This document shows, one piece after another, positions 1 through 8,801 of a DNA stretch of 64,000 bases (its first letter is position 1; the number at the start of each line of letters is the position of its first letter). Both the position numbers and the translations under genes were made by a program. Under the pieces are notes generated by a model. The model worked only from the letters and a program-made list of their open reading frames with translations. It did not search any database and was not told the DNA's origin. The stretch is from Candidatus Uhrbacteria bacterium (GTDB lineage: Bacteria > Patescibacteriota > Patescibacteriia > JACQRZ01), in contig JACPHV010000032.1 of NCBI GenBank assembly GCA_016188385.1, forward strand, positions 5,174 to 69,173, written 5' to 3'.

Positions 1-55
1 GGCTTACACCCTGTCATTTGACAGTGCGCCATGCGGCTTTGAAGGCGCAGGTGAT

Positions 56-2185
56 GTGGTGAAAGAAAATGGTTTTGTTGTCGATAACAGAGTGCCTCGC
101 ATTGTATTCGACAAAATAATCAAATCTCTTCCAGAAGAGAAGAAAAGATACTTGCCATTTCGCTATCATCTAAAGATTAACAAGGTTCAACAAAAGGGCT
201 GGAATCTGTGCGTATTGGAAGTGTATGATCCTTGGGGCGTGAGAAACTACAAACATTTTTTTCTGGAACCAAAAAAACCGGAACCACCAAAGGTTGACAT
301 TTGGATGGAGGGGCAGGAAACCAAGAAAGAGAAAGAAGAAATCCGTGTCGGTCCAGACTCTACGGTAAAAGTTAGGTGGCAGACACAGAATGCAGAGAGG
401 ATTGAATTCCGATTTGGTTCACCAGAAATGCGTTTAAAGTGGTTTCCATATGAAGATGAGTGTAGTATTGGTGCGGGTTTTGTTATGGAAAAAACTGCAT
501 ATTGCTCGGAATTTAGTAAAGACCGTGAACGCAACCGTGAACAGAGGCTCCGTGAATTTTTAAAAGCAGCACAGGAATGGGAAGATGAGACAATGAAGAA
601 TGCCCAAGAAAAATTTGGCGTTAGATATGATGATCCATTAGTGAGACGAGGCCTCTGGTTTCAGAGGTCGGCGCTTTTACAACAGTTTCCTCCACAGGTC
701 ATTGATGATATAGAGAAACGTTTCGTTGACAGGGGTTCAATAGAAATTAACAGCGGCATGTCAGGCAGGGAAGTGTCGATTTATGCGTATAACAATGTAT
801 CATCGAAAGATCCTAAGGATATACAAGAGGCATCAAATAGGATAGAGATCAAAGTTGTTCCGCTTAGAAATATAGTTCTCATTTCAAAAGTGGTTGGCCC
901 AAGCGATCTTCAGATACAAGCTTCTGGCGAAGGTATTTATGAATCAACTATGTTATGCGCCACATCATGGCCAAGGAGCGGATGTGACTTCACAGCCGAA
1001 AGTACAAAGAAATACTGGCATGGAAAAGATAGTATTTCATGGACCATTAGCGATGTAGATATGGGCGATACTTTGGTAGATTTTTGGTTTAAAGGTGTTG
1101 ACGAGGCGGGACATGTAAAAGAAGAGTATCGGCGAGCAACCATTAAAGGAGGTGATCTCGTTCAGTGTGTTGTAAGTGGTTTTGATGAACATTTTAGTAA
1201 ATTAACGATCGGTTATAATGAAAGTCTTTATGCAGTTGGAGACTATACTCCCACTGATGTTAGCAAAGGAGTAGACGAAGCCAAGAAACTCGTCGGAAAT
1301 TCTTCTACATCACAGAATCTTGGAATGTGTTTATATAGGTTAAATGGACAAGGTTTAGAATCAGTATCATGTTTCATAAAAGAAATAATGACAGCTATAG
1401 AGAAGGGCGCAAAAAAATGTAAAGGCGATACGGCAAACGCGATTGCATTTGGAGTGAGTATAGGCGGGATATTTTCTGAACCTATTCCTGGTATTAGAAT
1501 ATCATTAGCTGGACTTATCGTGGGGAGTCTTTCAAAAAAGACCGACGAGCCAGATTTTTTTTGGACATGGATTTTTACCGCCGGGATCGTCATAGTATCT
1601 GGTATAATGTATAAAATATTAAAGTTAGATTTCCTTATTAATGAATTTAAAAAAATGATAATAGACGCGTTACAAATATTAAGTGTTTCTTTTGATATAG
1701 AAAAAAAGTTAAAAAAAGGTGTAATAAATACAATAATAGAGCAAGCCAATGGGATTCCTGCAACTGGCGGTCCTAATCCAAAAACAATACTCCCAGAGCT
1801 AATTCCTAACTATAGCCTTGTTCGCTGTACGGAAAAAGGAACATGTGATCAAGGTTTGATGGATTTTCAAAAAAAAGGGATGGGTGATGTGAGTAATTTA
1901 GTCACTTCAGCGGGGAAACTTTCAGTAGGGCTGGGATGGCCATGTGATACTTTCGAAAAGTGCTCCTCCAACGCATTACAAATAGCTTGCGCTATTAAAG
2001 GAAAAACGATTACGAGAGACAATGCGTTAGCCAAAATAAAGAGTAGTAGCGTCGGCAGCATAGGGAATGTCAAAACCCCTGCCTGGAAAATTATTCATTT
2101 TAGTGCGCTAGTGGTAAAGGATACGAGATATATGACAGAATCACAAGCAGGCACAATCGTGTCTGAAGCAGGTGGCTGTCCTTAG
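56..2185 (+). CDS. Hypothetical 709-aa Cys-rich protein with two central TM helices (GTG start); AT-rich island
   Basis: Long ORF with no recognisable family motifs. Hydrophobic stretches AIAFGVSIGGIF...LAGLIVGSL and FFWTWIFTAGIVIVSGIMY, followed by a Cys-rich C-terminal ~160 aa. Base composition is clearly more AT-rich than the housekeeping regions. Confidence 0.5.
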   Translation: MVKENGFVVDNRVPRIVFDKIIKSLPEEKKRYLPFRYHLKINKVQQKGWNLCVLEVYDPWGVRNYKHFFLEPKKPEPPKVDIWMEGQETKKEKEEIRVGPDSTVKVRWQTQNAERIEFRFGSPEMRLKWFPYEDECSIGAGFVMEKTAYCSEFSKDRERNREQRLREFLKAAQEWEDETMKNAQEKFGVRYDDPLVRRGLWFQRSALLQQFPPQVIDDIEKRFVDRGSIEINSGMSGREVSIYAYNNVSSKDPKDIQEASNRIEIKVVPLRNIVLISKVVGPSDLQIQASGEGIYESTMLCATSWPRSGCDFTAESTKKYWHGKDSISWTISDVDMGDTLVDFWFKGVDEAGHVKEEYRRATIKGGDLVQCVVSGFDEHFSKLTIGYNESLYAVGDYTPTDVSKGVDEAKKLVGNSSTSQNLGMCLYRLNGQGLESVSCFIKEIMTAIEKGAKKCKGDTANAIAFGVSIGGIFSEPIPGIRISLAGLIVGSLSKKTDEPDFFWTWIFTAGIVIVSGIMYKILKLDFLINEFKKMIIDALQILSVSFDIEKKLKKGVINTIIEQANGIPATGGPNPKTILPELIPNYSLVRCTEKGTCDQGLMDFQKKGMGDVSNLVTSAGKLSVGLGWPCDTFEKCSSNALQIACAIKGKTITRDNALAKIKSSSVGSIGNVKTPAWKIIHFSALVVKDTRYMTESQAGTIVSEAGGCP

Positions 2186-2193
2186 AAAACACT

Positions 2194-2799
2194 ATGTTCA
2201 AGTCGTTAGAATCAAAAAAAATCGTAACCGGTATTCTAATCCTTTTTTTTGTTTTAATCATATTTGTAGTATTTGTTCGCCTGAGGATTGGCATACTTTT
2301 TACCAAAGAAGCTACAACACATAAGACAATTGTTAATTTATCAGGTTGGAAAAAGACTTATATTAATTTTAATGCCGGGATAAAAGTCAACTTACCGAAG
2401 GAAATGATTGTTGAAGATTCGTTCTATTCGGAATCGTTACCTTATGTTGATTTTATTACACCGGATTATTCATCTCACATAGAAATGACGCGATGGAGTA
2501 AAGAAGATTTTTTAGAAGACGATTTTTTAAATCTCGAAGAATATTTTACATTTCGCAAAGACTTCAACCAGTCAGCAGGTTTTTGGATCACCGGAGAAAA
2601 GCTAAAGGTAGATGGCAATACTGCCTATTTCATGCAAACGCAAATCGCAAAAAATACGCAAAAGGAATCACAATTACTCATCGAAAAAGAACCTTATATT
2701 TATCGTTTCCGGCTTATTGAGTTTCAGGGAGATACGCCTAATAGCAAAATCTTACAACAAGCGCTCCGATCAATAAAACTTACGGATCCGCCAAAGTAA
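2194..2799 (+). CDS. Hypothetical N-terminally membrane-anchored protein (201 aa)
   Basis: N-terminal TM segment ILILFFVLIIFVVFV followed by a soluble domain. AT-rich. Tightly follows ORF 56..2185 after an 8-nt gap. Confidence 0.45.
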   Translation: MFKSLESKKIVTGILILFFVLIIFVVFVRLRIGILFTKEATTHKTIVNLSGWKKTYINFNAGIKVNLPKEMIVEDSFYSESLPYVDFITPDYSSHIEMTRWSKEDFLEDDFLNLEEYFTFRKDFNQSAGFWITGEKLKVDGNTAYFMQTQIAKNTQKESQLLIEKEPYIYRFRLIEFQGDTPNSKILQQALRSIKLTDPPK

Positions 2800-2822
2800 T
2801 AATAACTATCAACAATGTCTTT

Positions 2823-3131
2823 ATGTTAACCACTACTCTCTCGATTCTGCTTATCTTTACTATGATTCTGTGGTCGTGGGTGCAAGCGAGGATCTATAAG
2901 ACAATTAAGGAGAGGCACCCGGCTGAATATGAAAAGTTGGAACATCCTCGATTCTGGAAAATGTGGAATCCTGGATATACGGCAATTCTCTATGGGACCA
3001 TAAAATTTCCCGATGACCCTGCTCTTAGAGGGGTCATCATAGGCTTCAGGATTTTATCTGTCATTCTCGTCATCATGATGCTTACTTTTGCGGGCATAAA
3101 TTTCTTTGAAGCTTCGATAAATCTCAAATAA
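2823..3131 (+). CDS. Small two-TM membrane protein (102 aa)
   Basis: Two hydrophobic helices (LSILLIFTMILWSWV; IIGFRILSVILVIMMLTFAGI); same AT-rich block. Confidence 0.4.
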   Translation: MLTTTLSILLIFTMILWSWVQARIYKTIKERHPAEYEKLEHPRFWKMWNPGYTAILYGTIKFPDDPALRGVIIGFRILSVILVIMMLTFAGINFFEASINLK

Positions 3132-3149
3132 CATGAGCCAGTACTTACT

Positions 3150-5387
3150 ATGACCACACACAAAAATTATATCGGCGCTGTAAAAATAATGTTGGCAGGA
3201 TTTGTGCTGGCAATAATGGGAGCTCCACTTTCTATTGTTCATGCACAAAAAGAAAAAATTGATGATTGGCAATTCACCCCGCAGTCATATACCAGTGTTT
3301 TCACATTGAATCTCCCGCCCTTTCCTGAATACTGGTATGCGTATGTTGTTCTTGTGTTAGCCTTTGTTTTGTGTCTGATCCCAATTGGAATCTTTTTTCA
3401 TGGCTTGTATCTCTTTTTTAGCAGCATTCGCGATAAAGAATACCGTTCAAGAGGGACGCATAAAATCGCGCTTGGTATATCTCCAGTCGTTGCTATATCC
3501 GCGCTCATCCTTTTTATTTTTCTCCTTACTGGAGGATCTCTGAACGCGCGAATGCTGTTTGTAGCGCTGAATCTCTTTTTTCTAACCTCGTTTATTGGCA
3601 GTATCGTGCTCTTGATAAGAGGCATCTATGTATGGATCAGATATCGAGCATTGGTTGATTGGAAAAAATGCGGGAGGATGAAAACATTTTTTGCCGTATA
3701 CAGCATTATCATTATTCTTGCCTTATGGAATGTTGTTTATTATTCGGCAAAAAGCGTGGTGTCATTTCCCGCAAACAGAACAGGATCCGTATCATTTGAT
3801 TCATCAGTTGGAAACGTACAATATTTTAATACTAGCCAGGCGCCACCGCCAGCAGCAGATACCTCCATCGGTCTATCCGTAGGAGGAGCAAAGGACATAG
3901 ATAATTTTCGAAAAAATATCAAAAATAATTATCTTCCGATTCCAACCGATGTGACGCATGAAGGATTGTTCTATGACTACTTGTTTGACACGGGTATCCA
4001 AAAACCCTGCGAAAAACTTTTCTGCCCATCATATTCGACTGCCGTATCCAAAGATCCCTTTTCCGGTGAGCAGAAGTATTTCCTTTCCATTGGCTTGAAT
4101 TCCGGCGTCCAACAAAAAGATTTTGCGCGGCGAAAGACCAATTTTCTTGTTGTCTTAGATATTTCAGGTTCCATGGGTGAGCAGTTTAACCGTTATTATT
4201 ACGACCGTTTCGGGCAGAAACAATCTGTTTTCGATAATCAACAGGATGAAGGAAAAACGAAAATGGAAATAGCGGCCGAGTCTATCAATGACATGCTTGG
4301 GCATCTCACGGGCGATGACAGCTTCGGCATGGCACTTTTTGATGACATATCGTATGTCGCAAAACCATTGCGCAAAGTTTCTGAAACAGATATGGAACGC
4401 ATCAAAAAACATATCAGCGAACTCAAGCCACAAGGGGGGACGAATATGTCAGCTGGCATGCAAGAGGCGCTCTGGCAATTTGAGGCATATAGAGGCACAG
4501 AAGATCCTGATTTTGAAAACCGCGTTATCTTTCTAACCGATGCGATGCCGAATACGGGCGATACTACTGAAGAAGGCATGTTTGGCATCGCAAAAAGGCT
4601 GGCAGAACAGAAGATTTATACAACATTTGTCGGAGTTGACTTTAACACCGAGTTGATTGAGTCAATTTCCAAGATTCGCGGCGCAAATTATTACTCCGTG
4701 CATTCTGCGAAAGAATTCAAGAAGCGCATGGATGAGGGATTTGACTCTATGGTTACACCACTCGTGTTTAATCTCAATCTTGAAATCATCGCCCCCGGCT
4801 TTCAGATAGAAAAAGTCTACGGTTCGCCAGAAGCAGACGAAACAACCGGTGAGATCATGAAAGTAAATACGCTATTCCCTTCAGAGCAGACCGAGGGGGA
4901 GACACGCGGCGGATTGGTGCTTCTCCAGCTGAAACGATTTGCTGATGACGCTACTGCCATAATGCTCAGGGCAAAGTATGAAAGTAGGCAAGGAGATATT
5001 CAGCAGTCAGATGAAATGGCATTCTTCAAGGAAGTGGAAGAGTATTATGATAATTTCGGCATTCGAAAAGGGATTGTGCTCGCGCGGTATGCAAATATCT
5101 TGCGTGATTGGATGTTTTATGAACGCGCACAAGGCACAGAGGAAGAACGCAAAATAGTGCGACCAGCCTCGCCAGTTGAGTATTATGATGTTGAGGGAAT
5201 ACCCATTGTATCTCCAGAGTTTACACTTGGAAAATGGGAACGGCAGTCGCAGGTTCTCCGCGTATCGGATACTTACAAAAATATTTTTACGGATTTTATC
5301 CCTTACATGATTACGGAGACGGAGGCTATTGGCGATCAAGCACTCCAGAAAGAGCTTGATGTCTTGGGGACGATCTTGAGTAAATAA
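3150..5387 (+). CDS. Multi-TM membrane protein with a von Willebrand factor A (VWA) domain
   Basis: Signal/TM helices in the first ~200 aa. MIDAS motif: DISGSMGEQ (DxSxS) plus downstream GGTNMSAGM and FLTDAMPNTGDT. Confidence 0.7.
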   Translation: MTTHKNYIGAVKIMLAGFVLAIMGAPLSIVHAQKEKIDDWQFTPQSYTSVFTLNLPPFPEYWYAYVVLVLAFVLCLIPIGIFFHGLYLFFSSIRDKEYRSRGTHKIALGISPVVAISALILFIFLLTGGSLNARMLFVALNLFFLTSFIGSIVLLIRGIYVWIRYRALVDWKKCGRMKTFFAVYSIIIILALWNVVYYSAKSVVSFPANRTGSVSFDSSVGNVQYFNTSQAPPPAADTSIGLSVGGAKDIDNFRKNIKNNYLPIPTDVTHEGLFYDYLFDTGIQKPCEKLFCPSYSTAVSKDPFSGEQKYFLSIGLNSGVQQKDFARRKTNFLVVLDISGSMGEQFNRYYYDRFGQKQSVFDNQQDEGKTKMEIAAESINDMLGHLTGDDSFGMALFDDISYVAKPLRKVSETDMERIKKHISELKPQGGTNMSAGMQEALWQFEAYRGTEDPDFENRVIFLTDAMPNTGDTTEEGMFGIAKRLAEQKIYTTFVGVDFNTELIESISKIRGANYYSVHSAKEFKKRMDEGFDSMVTPLVFNLNLEIIAPGFQIEKVYGSPEADETTGEIMKVNTLFPSEQTEGETRGGLVLLQLKRFADDATAIMLRAKYESRQGDIQQSDEMAFFKEVEEYYDNFGIRKGIVLARYANILRDWMFYERAQGTEEERKIVRPASPVEYYDVEGIPIVSPEFTLGKWERQSQVLRVSDTYKNIFTDFIPYMITETEAIGDQALQKELDVLGTILSK

Positions 5388-5521
5388 TATAAAATAAATA
5401 TGATCAAATACAAATAAATGGAAATAAATGGAGTCAGCCACCATTTCTACTATTTTTCTGCATTTGTTTTAATTCATAAGGGTTTGGGGCGTGAAAATTC
5501 TCTGACCCCTCAAGTAATCGT

Positions 5522-6388
5522 ATGATTTATTCCATTGTTCGTCTTTTTCTCATCGCGTTTTTCATGGCAGGCGTTTTCTCTGCGTCAATGGTCTCCGCGG
5601 CGTCGCTTTCAAGCCGCCTTTCAGGACGCATTCTGCTTCAGGTGGAAGACAAGGGGAAAGCATGGTATGTTGATCCATCAACCAAAGATCGCGCATATCT
5701 TGGCAGGCCCGCAGATGCGTTCCGCGCGATGAGAGAGTTGGGCCTCGGCATTACGAATGCGGACCTTGACCGCATCGTGGTATCGGATGACGGGAAATCC
5801 GGAGACACAAAATTTGCGCGGAAACTCGCGGGAAAAATTGTTCTGCAAGTTCAGTCAAAAGGCGAGGCATGGTATGTCAATCCCGTAGATCTGAAACGTT
5901 ATTATCTCGGCCGCCCCGCGGACGCGTTTTCCATTATGCGCGAGCTTGGTCTTGGCGTCTCAAACAAAGATATTGAGAAGATATCCGTAAAATCAGGATA
6001 TCAAGATCTTGGACAAATATCTTCTGGAATTCAAACGCAAGTTCAAGCACAGCCACCATCACCGTCATTGCCATCCGATCAAATACAGGATCAAACACCT
6101 GCGGTTGTTTTGGAAGATACAAAAGAAGGCCCGACAGAACCTCAAACAGAATCGACTCCAACATCAAAGCCTGAAGTAGAATCTGTTACACAGGAGACTC
6201 AAATACAGGGGCAGGAAAGTACATCATCAACATCGACTTCAGATCAGATACATGAACAAGTAGAGGAAGCCGCGCCAACAAAGTCGGAGGCTGAAACAGA
6301 AAAAGATCGATATAACAAGGCGATTGAAGACCGTTATAAAAACGAAGCGATATTCAGGTCACTTGATTTTGGAACAGGTATTTGGTAG
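5522..6388 (+). CDS. Secreted protein with two tandem ~55-aa repeats (G+IxLQVxxKGEAWYVxP...R.YLGRPADAF..MRELGLGI.N.DL..I) and a Q/P/T/S/E-rich tail
   Basis: N-terminal signal peptide MIYSIVRLFLIAFFMAGVFSASMVSAAS. Two near-identical repeats are visible in the translation. Low-complexity C-terminus. Confidence 0.6.
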   Translation: MIYSIVRLFLIAFFMAGVFSASMVSAASLSSRLSGRILLQVEDKGKAWYVDPSTKDRAYLGRPADAFRAMRELGLGITNADLDRIVVSDDGKSGDTKFARKLAGKIVLQVQSKGEAWYVNPVDLKRYYLGRPADAFSIMRELGLGVSNKDIEKISVKSGYQDLGQISSGIQTQVQAQPPSPSLPSDQIQDQTPAVVLEDTKEGPTEPQTESTPTSKPEVESVTQETQIQGQESTSSTSTSDQIHEQVEEAAPTKSEAETEKDRYNKAIEDRYKNEAIFRSLDFGTGIW

Positions 6389-6576
6389 CTCTGAATTACG
6401 AAATTCCTAAAATCACACAAAATTGTTAAAAAATGGTAGAATTCAAACAGTACCTGATTAAGGTGCTGTTTGCTTGATTCAGTAAAAAATGAAAGAGATT
6501 TTTGGGAATGTTGAAATAGAAAATAATAAAGCCTGCAAATTCAATATTTCAAAAGTAATAACAAACTTCTTCAAGT

Positions 6577-7005
6577 ATGCACCATGCCACTATTCAAGGA
6601 CATCAAGTAATTTGTTCCGCTTTTATTGAAAAGAGGGGTTTGTTTCTTGTAGTATTTGATCCGGGTTTTCATGTATGGCGTGTCCCCGGAGGCAGAGCCG
6701 AATGGGGGGAAACAGTCGAGGAAACGTTATTGAGAGAAATGAAAGAGGAGACGGGTGTTCTATTTGACCAACCACGCTTTCTTGGTTTCGGACAAGATCA
6801 GCAATTTCATATTGCTGACAACAAGGAAACTTCCCGTTTCGTGCTGTATTTTTATGTAAAAACAGATCAAGAAATACATCTTGACCCCCTCGAGGCATCT
6901 GATCATCGATGGGTTTCGTTTGAAGAACTCGGGAGATTGGATAACGCTGAAGGCGCGCTTGCTGACTTATTCCGGCGATTTCCGAACTGTAAGACTGTTG
7001 AATAG
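6577..7005 (+). CDS. NUDIX hydrolase
   Basis: Nudix box GGRAEWGETVEETLLREMKEETGV (GX5EX7REUXEEXGU). Confidence 0.75.
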   Translation: MHHATIQGHQVICSAFIEKRGLFLVVFDPGFHVWRVPGGRAEWGETVEETLLREMKEETGVLFDQPRFLGFGQDQQFHIADNKETSRFVLYFYVKTDQEIHLDPLEASDHRWVSFEELGRLDNAEGALADLFRRFPNCKTVE

Positions 7006-7086
7006 CGCTCGTTTTTCCACAGTGGCAAAATTGACATACGTTGGTCAGAACTTTATGCTATCCTTTTATGAATATACGAAATATCA

Positions 7087-7476
7087 ATGAAGCGCATTCA
7101 GCAAATCGCCAAGGAGAATTTTTTAATTTGGAACCAGTCGTTGTCATCGGGAGATCCTAAGAACGTGGCAGCTCTTTATTCTCGTGACTGTACTTTTCTG
7201 CCGACTTTGTCAGAGGATTTTAAAATAGGCAGAGCGGCGGCACAGCAATATTTCAGCCGCTTTCTAAAAATGCATCCCAACGGAACTATCAGTAATGATC
7301 GGGTCGAACAGCTTGGTGATGGCAGTTATCTGCATTGCGGGTTTTATGATTTTGAGCTCGACGGTAAAAAGGGGAGAGAGGTCGCGCACGCAAGGTTCAC
7401 CTTTATCTGGAAGCTCAACGACAATCATGAGTGGAGGATATTCCACCATCATTCATCAATGCATCCTCACGAATAA
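7087..7476 (+). CDS. NTF2-like/SnoaL-like (DUF4440-type) small protein
   Basis: Size and N-terminal pattern (IWNQSLSSGDPKNVAALYSRDCTFLP) are typical of the NTF2-fold family; weak. Confidence 0.35.
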   Translation: MKRIQQIAKENFLIWNQSLSSGDPKNVAALYSRDCTFLPTLSEDFKIGRAAAQQYFSRFLKMHPNGTISNDRVEQLGDGSYLHCGFYDFELDGKKGREVAHARFTFIWKLNDNHEWRIFHHHSSMHPHE

Positions 7477-7551
7477 AAAAGATATCATTCAATCAGTGAA
7501 ACAAAATGGAAACTTTGTTTTCTCTAATGTTTTTTTGCGAGCTTATACTCT

Positions 7552-8274
7552 ATGCCAGAACAACCAAAACCGCGGGAAATGCGATATGATCCGGAAACGG
7601 AACGAAAAATGTACCTTGTTGCAATGTTTGAAAAAGGTTTGTCTGATACACAAGGTACGATCGGATATCACGCAACCAGCATTGAATCAATCCAATACCT
7701 TATCAGGACAGGTCATTTGCCTGGCTCGCAATCAGAGGAATTGCCTGGTGCGCACAATGCATGGCGTATGCAAAAAGGAGACTTGTATTTTTATCCTCGG
7801 AAATCCAAATTTCCCGACTATGACCCTAATGTGAGCAAATACTTTCTTGATGAGGGCGGTGTCATCGTTGCTGTATCAGATTATGCTCATCGAATCGCAA
7901 GCGTACATTATCTTTTGACGAAATTGAATCTTGGTTTGGAAAATCAAGACTACAACAACGGTGCTCGTGAATTGTTGAGCGGTATGTTTATCAGCGAAAT
8001 TCGAGAATTCCGTGAAACACTTTATTCCCTTGACATCAGCGATGCGCAGATAGGTCAAGCTCTCAAAGAGGCGAAGGAACGCAAAGGAATCATATTAGGT
8101 CTTGGCGTTTCGCTGCTAAAAACACATCAGGTAAGAGATGGCGACAGGAACGCCGGTGATCTCCGCATTAATTTTCCTTCAGGGATGGACTACACGTACA
8201 TTTCGGGCGTTGAATCGTTTGGAAAGCACGAGCGGGAATTTTTTTCTGACATTAAAAAAAGTTTGTCTCGGTGA
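7552..8274 (+). CDS. Hypothetical protein (240 aa)
   Basis: Long ORF with no recognised motifs. Confidence 0.4.
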   Translation: MPEQPKPREMRYDPETERKMYLVAMFEKGLSDTQGTIGYHATSIESIQYLIRTGHLPGSQSEELPGAHNAWRMQKGDLYFYPRKSKFPDYDPNVSKYFLDEGGVIVAVSDYAHRIASVHYLLTKLNLGLENQDYNNGARELLSGMFISEIREFRETLYSLDISDAQIGQALKEAKERKGIILGLGVSLLKTHQVRDGDRNAGDLRINFPSGMDYTYISGVESFGKHEREFFSDIKKSLSR

Positions 8275-8303
8275 CACGCACCATCCGCGCATAAGCTGCA
8301 GAC

Positions 8304-8801
8304 TCAAAGCGCAGTCACTTTATAAAGGCGGGTGGACTTGTCTATAAATAACGTCCCATTGAGGTGATCAGTCTCGTGCTGAAGCACGCGCGCGAGCAGC
8401 CCTGTGCCCTTTATCGTGTGCGTTTGGCCATTTCTATCCTGGTATTCCGCCGTAACTGACATATATCGTCTCACAGGACCAAAAATGCCGGGGACGGAAA
8501 GACACCCCTCTTCATGCGCCTCTTTTCGGAATGAATGGCGAATGATTCTGGGGTTGATTAACACCGTACCTTCACGACTTTCTTTCTTGTATTCTTCGTA
8601 GCGGTCGGGATCCGGTACGATAACCGCAAGACGCAAAGAGTAATTTACTTGTGGCGCAGCAAGTCCGATACCGTCGCGCTCATACATAGTCGGGATCATG
8701 TCATCTATCAATTTTTGCAGCGCCGGATCATCGAATCGCGTAATCATGTCCGCGCCTCGACGCAATACCGGGTGGTCTGTGCGCACAAGCGGAAGAATCA
8801 T
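8304..8801 (-). CDS. def: Peptide deformylase
   Basis: Motifs GIGLAAPQV, EGCLSVPG and HETDHLNG (the HExxH metal site). Confidence 0.9.
   Translation of the reverse strand: MILPLVRTDHPVLRRGADMITRFDDPALQKLIDDMIPTMYERDGIGLAAPQVNYSLRLAVIVPDPDRYEEYKKESREGTVLINPRIIRHSFRKEAHEEGCLSVPGIFGPVRRYMSVTAEYQDRNGQTHTIKGTGLLARVLQHETDHLNGTLFIDKSTRLYKVTAL

Noticed and set aside
11-24. LexA/SOS box interpretation of CTGTCATTTGACAG
   Set aside because: The spacing is CTGT-N6-ACAG rather than the CTGT-N8-ACAG of E. coli-type LexA boxes, and it does not match the Gram-positive GAAC-N4-GTTC box. It is kept only as a generic palindrome.
7295-7834. 179-aa ORF overlapping the NTF2-like gene and ORF 7552..8274
   Set aside because: Out-of-frame overlap with two better-supported neighbours. 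Composition (Cys/Ser/Asn-rich) is not protein-like.
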